A stretch of 64,000 nt of DNA, from NCBI GenBank assembly GCA_964016885.1, contig OZ024742.1, positions 349,184,001-349,248,000 of the forward strand. The letters are read 5' to 3'. The DNA comes from Eledone cirrhosa (lineage: Eukaryota). Below, piece by piece: positions 58,265 through 64,000 of the stretch. The notes under the pieces are model-generated. The model was not told where the DNA came from and searched no databases. It saw only the letters and a list, made by a program, of their open reading frames with translations. Position numbers and translations under genes: made by a program. Position 1 is the first letter of the stretch. Every line of letters starts with the position of its first letter.

Positions 58265-58640
58265 GTGGGAAAGTAAGAAATCGGAGAATAGACCGTTAAA
58301 ACATGTTTATTTAAAACAGCACCTACGTACGTTTCGCCCAGTTGGGCTTCTCAAGGGCATAAATAATCAAAAGTGTTCCTTACATTGCTCGGAAAGAGTT
58401 TTTGGAGTTAAATCCACGTCAAGGTTCATTGCTCGCAAAAATAGTTTGTTTTGATTTTGCAGCAGGACCTGATTTCTTAATTTCCCACGTGCTTACACTC
58501 TGCTACCTCTCTAGCCCACTAAATATTAACACTTCGAATATTTAATACAGCCGGCACTAGTATCGAGCACCTTTGGCATACGCTACTTGGCAAATAACTA
58601 TCCTCCCCTTTTTTTTTATCTCTCTCTCGATACGTAAATA

Positions 58641-58643
<3 letters not shown>
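58263..58643 (-). mobile_element. Short non-coding hammerhead-bearing unit between two (TA)n tracts (solo Penelope pseudo-LTR or retrozyme-like element)
   Basis: ~380-bp unique island with (TA)n on both sides. On the minus strand it contains a hammerhead followed by AATAAA. No credible ORF. Element boundaries are inferred from the microsatellites. Confidence 0.55.
58319..58358 (-). ncRNA. Minimal type I hammerhead ribozyme, U3-A8 core variant
   Basis: Minus strand: GCCC-UUGAGAA-GCCC(aacu)GGGC-GAAA-CGUACG-UA-GG(u)GC. Perfect 4-bp GC stem II, palindromic ACGUACGU helix III, GUA cleavage triplet, and C3-G8 replaced by U3-A8. Confidence 0.8.

Positions 58644-58730
<87 letters not shown>
58644..58730. 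repeat. (TA)n microsatellite
   Basis: Pure TA run directly preceding the truncated Penelope ORF. Confidence 0.98.
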
Positions 58731-58733
<3 letters not shown>

Positions 58734-59561
58734 ATTGACTTCAGTGTTGAACACCCCAACGAAGACGGGTCACTTGCCCTCCTCGACTTCCGAATCAACA
58801 TCACGGAACAGGGAAGGATCCACTGCAACTTCTACCGAAAGGCAGCCTGCAGGGACCTGTTCGTTCACTACAAGTCCGTCCTCCCTAACAGTGCCAAAAG
58901 AGGATACATCACGAACGAGATCGCGCGAATCAAAAACAGATGCAGCGATCCCGCGAGTGGTGTCACTCATACCAAGCGATTCCTCGAGGTGCTGGAGACG
59001 AACGGGTACCCTACCTCGCTCACAGACAGAGTAGGAGACACCAGACACAAGAGACAGAGAGGCACCCAAGGCAAGTGCTTCCTTAAAATTCCACATCTGG
59101 GCGAGAATACCACCAACGCTATCCGCAAGGCTATACGGAGGGAGGGCCTCGACATCCACCTGGCCCACTCGGGCCCCTCCCTGCGAAGATGCCTCTCCAA
59201 GAAACCCTGGAAATCTACTGACGCATGCTCCCTCAGAGACTGCCCGATACGCCATGCGAACTGTTGCCTACGCACATACGTCGTGTATAAGATAGAATGT
59301 GACAGGTGCAACCAATACTACATAGGTAGCACAATCCGACCTTTGCACATCCGGATCAAGGAACACACTAAAACCAGGGCCTCGTCTTTCCGGAAACACA
59401 TAGACAAATGCGGAAACAAAGACGGAAGGCCCATTGTCACAATTCTAGCGACTGAAAGAAACGTCGGCACGTTACGTATCAAGGAAGCACTTTTTATCAA
59501 ACGCCTGCAACCGCAAATAAACAACCGATTAGAGAGAAGCGAAATGAGATGGCTGGTTTAA
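58731..59561 (+). CDS. Partial (no start) Penelope-like polyprotein: RT C-terminal/thumb region, Cys-containing linker and GIY-YIG endonuclease, 276 aa
   Basis: The frame of track ORF 58989-59561 is open back to 58731: HIDFSVEHPNEDGSLALLDFRINI...FYRKAACRDLFVHYKSVLP...RCS...NGYP. This matches PLE RT motifs (F.xE..LxxLD, YRK, H..S..P, NGYP). It continues into VVYKIECDRCNQYYIGSTIRPLHIRIKEH...H...KEALFIKRLQPQIN, a GIY-YIG domain with CxxC, R, H, E and N. Confidence 0.92.
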
Positions 59562-59941
59562 GTTAACAAACGATGTAGCAACACACAACACACGCACACA
59601 CAAACGAGACAACTACACACACACACACAGTAGCATTCCACCATACGAACATACTACACTGCCAATACAGAGGAACAAGGCAACTACACACGCACACACA
59701 CACACTCAAGCGAGACAACAACACACGCACACACACACACAGTAACATTTAACAAACAGGCAGAGAATGGACTGACAGCTAGCGCCATCCCACTCCCTCA
59801 TTCGGCCGCTGACCTCTGCCCGACCGACCCCATTTCACGCGCACGCGCGCTCTGCCGAATACCTCAGATATTCAAAACAACAAACAGCGGAGGACGCGTT
59901 TCGCACCTGTCCGACAGAGAACCTTTACCCCGGAAAAAACC

Positions 59942-59977
59942 CCCCAGTTGATGGATGTGAATCCGAAATATATAGGG
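59942..59977 (+). ncRNA. Degenerate or variant minimal type I hammerhead in the 3' UTR of Penelope family 1
   Basis: CCC-CAGUUGA-U-GGAU(guga)AUCC-GAAA-UAUA-UA-GGG. Stems I and II, GAAA, a palindromic AUAUAU helix III and UH are present. The core differs from CUGANGA at positions 4 and 6. Confidence 0.6.
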
Positions 59978-60230
59978 ACTATTAACTCTCTCCCAAGGTA
60001 ACTCTCTCTTGTGTTGTTATTTTAATTTTATCCTTTATACTCTTCCCTTCTTTCTTCTACACATTTACACATCTTTACACAACACGCATCTCAACGTACA
60101 CCCACTTACATCTCTCTCTCCACCACCGGATCTTGTTACCCGGAGATTTACCCATTTGCATTGTCGAGGCTTCCAAACGACTTAAAGATATTTATTTATT
60201 ATTCCACAATGCTTCAAGCAAACTTCAATA

Positions 60231-60341
<111 letters not shown>

Positions 60342-60849
60342 CAGTATATAAATATATAAATATAAATATATATATATAAATATATATTCATATCCATATT
60401 TCTATATACATATATATATGTGTGTATATGTGTAGTGTTAAGTCAGTCGAGGTTAGGCAGAGAATTTCAATCCAGACGATCCTAAATAAATCTAATCATA
60501 GTTTAGTGTTAAAACCAACTTATTTCCATTGTTGTGAAATAGAAAACAAAACATTAAACTAAAAACAAAAATAGAAAAAAAAAATCAATAAAAGAAACAA
60601 CACAATAAAATATATAGAAAAAAGAATAAAAAAACAATAACAAACAACATTCAGGTTTTGAATACAAAGCATAATCAATAATCTGATTTGAAAAATTCAG
60701 AATTTTCCATCGATTATGGCAAACAAAAAGCTGTAGAATGTAATAAAATAATAAATAAGATATTAGAAAAGAAAAGAAAATGAATGAATGAAATTTAATC
60801 ATCGATAAAGATCGATATTTGAAACATAATAGAAACAAAAACTAATGTT

Positions 60850-61330
<481 letters not shown>

Positions 61331-61814
61331 TTCATATTTATTGATTTATATTTTTTTAATATGAAAGTAAACAATTACAAACACACACACACACTCACAC
61401 ACACACATACACGCATACACACATATATATATCTTTCTCTCATTCTCTATCCCCTCTATATATAAAAAAAAAACAATTATATATATATATGTGTGTGTGT
61501 GTGTATATCTGTGTATATCTGTGTGGATATGCATGTATGTGTGTGTATTCATAGGTATAAATATATAACGATTAATACTTATATTTGCTTCGTTTCTGAA
61601 TTTGTTTAGCAAGATTCTTTATCTGAAATCGTGTGTTGAAACCGATATTGTTATACTTTGGGAGGGTCATGTTGCCAATAAGAAACACACGCACCAGTTT
61701 CTTTCACTTCAATTTATTATATATTTATAAATTTATAAATTTACAAATCTACAAACTTATCAATTTCTGGTTGGTTGGTTGGTTGGTTCCACAACCAGAT
61801 AGTTGTTTATATAT

Positions 61815-61859
61815 AGTCATAGTCCTTTCGTCACACACTCTGTGACCTCTTCAGTGACT
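61815..61859 (-). ncRNA. Canonical minimal type I hammerhead ribozyme in the Penelope family 2 3' region
   Basis: Minus strand: AGUCA-CUGAAGA-G-GUCACA(gagug)UGUGAC-GAAA-GGAC-UA-UGACU. Perfect 5-bp stem I, 6-bp stem II and full core. It is in sense orientation, downstream of the GIY-YIG stop. Confidence 0.92.
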
Positions 61860-62160
61860 GGGGATTCCTTTCTTTGTTTCTGTGCCTTTCCTTTCTTCTA
61901 TCCTACGCCATTTTGTTTCTGTGTGTGTGTTGTGTGCTCGGTTTGCGCATGTGCCACATCCGGGTGTCTGTGTGTGTTTGTGTTCATTTATCTATTTGTT
62001 TATTTATTTATTTATTTATTGTTGGTTGGTTGTTTGTTCTATGTGTGTGTGTGTTTTCATTTTGTCCCGTGTGTGTTTTCATTTTGTCCTTAATTGTAAG
62101 TTGTTTGTTCTATGTGTGTGTGTGTTTTCATTTTGTCCTGTGTGTGTTTTCATTTTGTCC

Positions 62161-62535
62161 TTAATTGTAAGTTGTGATGTTGCTGTTCCACTCATATTTT
62201 CTATTTAATTTTGGTTGTAATTCTTTTATGCTTACTGCCTCTGTAATTTGCCTAAACATTGCATCTTTTCTGTGTCTGGATTCTATTTTTATTTCTATGT
62301 TCTCTAATCTACCCCTGTGTTCTATCTTAGCATGTTGGTAGAGCACAGATGATTCTTTATTATCTTGAAGGTCTCGCCAGTGTTCATTTATTCGTTCCCC
62401 TATACTACGAGCTGTCTCACCTATGTACACTATATTTTTGTTTCTACATTGTCCTTCAGTACATCTTATGCTATACACTACATTTCTAGTTTTACAGTTA
62501 ATATGGGTGCTTATTTTACAGGTTATACATTTCTT
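62161..62535 (-). CDS. GIY-YIG endonuclease domain fragment of Penelope family 2 (uninterrupted frame, no native start)
   Basis: KKCITCKISTHINCKTRNVVYSIRCTEGQC...YIGETARSIGERINEH...LYQHAKIEH...RQITEAVSIKELQPKLNRKYEW. Confidence 0.88.
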   Translation of the reverse strand, partial: KKCITCKISTHINCKTRNVVYSIRCTEGQCRNKNIVYIGETARSIGERINEHWRDLQDNKESSVLYQHAKIEHRGRLENIEIKIESRHRKDAMFRQITEAVSIKELQPKLNRKYEWNSNITTYN

Positions 62536-62537
62536 AT

Positions 62538-62940
62538 TGGTTATTCTCTTTGTCCTTAGTCTCCCATCTCCTTTTCCTTTTAATCCTATTACTTTCCCTT
62601 ATTTCTCTGATTTCTGTGCTACTGTCATTACTTTTTTTCTGTGTCTGTGTGTTTGTTAAGATTGTGGTGGTTAGAGGCATTGAATGCGTGTGTGTTGTTG
62701 TTGTTGATGTGTGTTGTTGTTGTCTCCGTGTGTGTTATCGTTGTTGTGTGTGTTGTTATTGTTGTTTGTGTCTGCGTGTCTGTTGTTGTTGTATCTGGGT
62801 ATGTTGCTATTGTTGTTGTTGTTGATGTGTGTGTTGTTGTTATTGTTGTTTGTGTCTGTGTGTCTGTTGTTGTTGGGATGTGTGTTGTATATGTGTGTGC
62901 GTATATTGTTGCTTTTGTTTTTGATGCTCCAGCGTAGTTT
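62538..62940 (-). other. (ACA)-rich low-complexity spacer with a Thr-rich then Arg/Lys-rich reading frame; possible internal fragment of the retroelement
   Basis: Minus strand translates NYAGASKTKATIYAHTYTTHIPTTTDTQTQTTITTT... and, after a frame change in a CA run, SMPLTTTILTNTQTQKKSNDSSTEIREIRESNRIKRKRRWETKDKENNQ. Origin is inferred only. Confidence 0.35.
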
Positions 62941-62945
62941 TGTAA

Positions 62946-63799
62946 ATGATTTTACATACCAAAATCAACATACTGATTGCGGATTTGGTACGGGTGATGA
63001 GAAATGTGTCCCGCATGTGCAACCCCGAAGAACTAGAGAGACACATACAACACTTCATCCACCGTATGCAGTTCTCTGGCTACAATCAGAGAGATAGAAT
63101 CAGAGTGTATAGAGGAGCCAGAACCAAATGGGAAAAAATGGTAAATAATGACATAAATGGGACCTGCCCCTTGTATAGGAGCAAATTTTGGAATAGAATA
63201 GAAAGAACTAGGAACAAGGCCAATAGAATAAACTCATGGTATGATAGCAATAAATACCAGAGTGTAATGTTCATCAATACAACCCCTAGAGGCGAACTAG
63301 CCTACAAATTTAGAAGGGCCCTAAATAAACATAAACTCAATATTAAGATAGTAGAAAGACCAGGTACCTCCGTAAAAACACTTATTAGCAAGACATACCC
63401 GTTCCAAAGACCCTCATGTATAGATAAGAAATGTATAACCTGTAAAATAAGCCCCCATATTAACTGTAAAACTAGAAATGTAGTGTATAGCATAAGATGT
63501 ACTGAAGGACAATGTAGAAACAAAAATATAGTGTACATAGGTGAGACAGCTCGTAGTATAGGGAACGAATAAATGAACACTGGCGAGACCTTCAAGATAA
63601 TAAAGAATCATCTGTGCTCTACCAACATGCTAAGATAGAACACAGGGGTAGATTAGAGAACATAGAAATAAAAATAGAATCCACACACAGAAAAGATGCA
63701 ATGTTTAGGCAAATTACAGAGGCAGTAAGCATAAAAGAATTACAACCAAAATTAAATAGAAAATATGAGTGGAACAGCAACATCACAACTTACAATTAA
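62946..63799 (+). pseudogene. 5'-truncated Penelope-like family 2 ORF (RT thumb/linker, Cys-rich linker, GIY-YIG) with a 1-bp deletion at 63561-63563
   Basis: ILIADLVRVMRNVS...RMQFSGY...PLYRSKFW...WY...VMFINTTPRGELA...IKIVERPG...C-x4-C-x2-C-x7-C...VVY...YIGETAR. GGG here versus GGGG in the inverted copy splits it into track ORFs 62946-63572 and 63614-63799. From recall the motifs resemble Naiad-type PLEs; the clade is unverified. Confidence 0.9.
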
Positions 63800-63931
63800 G
63801 GACAAAATGAAAACACACACAGGACAAAATGAAAACACACACACACATAGAACAAACAACTTACAATTAAGGACAAAATGAAAACACACACAGGACAAAA
63901 TGAAAACACACACACACATAGAACAAACAAC
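63786..63931 (+). repeat. Two 71-bp tandem units with an internal ~22-bp subrepeat (AGGACAAAATGAAAACACACAC), overlapping the stop codon
   Basis: CAACTTACAATTAAGGACAAAATG begins at 63786 and at 63857; mirrored at ~62029-62174. Confidence 0.9.
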
Positions 63932-64000
63932 CAACCAACAATAAATAAATAAATAAATAAACAAATAGATAAATGAACACAAACACACACAGACACCCGG

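Larger units (their letters stand above)
61680..62537 (-). mobile_element. Inverted 3'-terminal copy (pseudo-LTR) of Penelope-like family 2: GIY-YIG, 3' UTR, hammerhead, AATAAA
   Basis: 61960-62537 is the reverse complement of 63424-64000 (about 3 substitutions and 1 indel seen). It continues on the minus strand through a hammerhead to AATAAA near 61713-61718. The left end is approximate. Confidence 0.9.
62946..64000 (+). mobile_element. Penelope-like retroelement family 2, forward copy, running off the window end
   Basis: ORF above plus a 3' UTR matching the inverted copy up to base 64000. Confidence 0.9.

Noticed and set aside
58770-59524. Minus-strand ORFs of 161, 114 and 68 aa, and the overlapping + strand 153-aa ORF
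   Set aside because: Shadow frames of the Penelope ORF with no recognisable motifs.
59890-59925. GAAACGCGTC on the minus strand, resembling the 3' half of a PLE hammerhead
   Set aside because: Upstream reads CTGTCGG rather than CUGANGA, there are no convincing stems I/II, and it is antisense to the element.
61803-63097. Hydrophobic Cys/Val/Leu-rich ORFs on the + strand
   Set aside because: Antisense translations of A/C-rich UTR and low-complexity sequence, not membrane proteins.
61860-63799. Selenocysteine recoding/SECIS, as reported for some Naiad PLEs
   Set aside because: No in-frame TGA in the visible ORF (the break is a frameshift) and no evident SECIS hairpin in the A/C-rich 3' UTR; a SECISearch run would be needed to exclude it fully.

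Overview
Eukaryotic (probably invertebrate animal) repetitive DNA with no intact host gene. Bases 1-~56,216 are one uninterrupted AT-rich satellite array of roughly 1,100 monomers, estimated from length. The monomers are mainly 48 and 52 bp, consensus TAACTAAGATATCTTTGGTGT(G/A)ACTGTTATCACAGTTGTCTATTTCA(A|GTATA). The array shows layered higher-order duplications of 1519, 1598, 1998, 2198, 2442 and 4327 bp and ends abruptly. The last ~7.8 kb is a mosaic of long (TA)n/(CA)n microsatellites interrupted by mobile DNA. It holds two different 5'-truncated Penelope-like retroelements (RT C-terminus plus GIY-YIG endonuclease), one with an inverted copy of its own 3' end, plus a 369-bp near-perfect palindrome and a 114-bp MITE-like hairpin. 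The signal the ORF track does not show is five minimal type I hammerhead ribozyme motifs in 4.7 kb, belonging to four unrelated sequence families. One is canonical (61815-61859). One has a compensated U3-A8 core inside a short ORF-less unit (58319-58358). An intact/mutated mirror pair lies in the arms of the big palindrome, and a degenerate one lies in the 3' UTR of the first Penelope. All calls come from manual reading; no database search or folding program was run.
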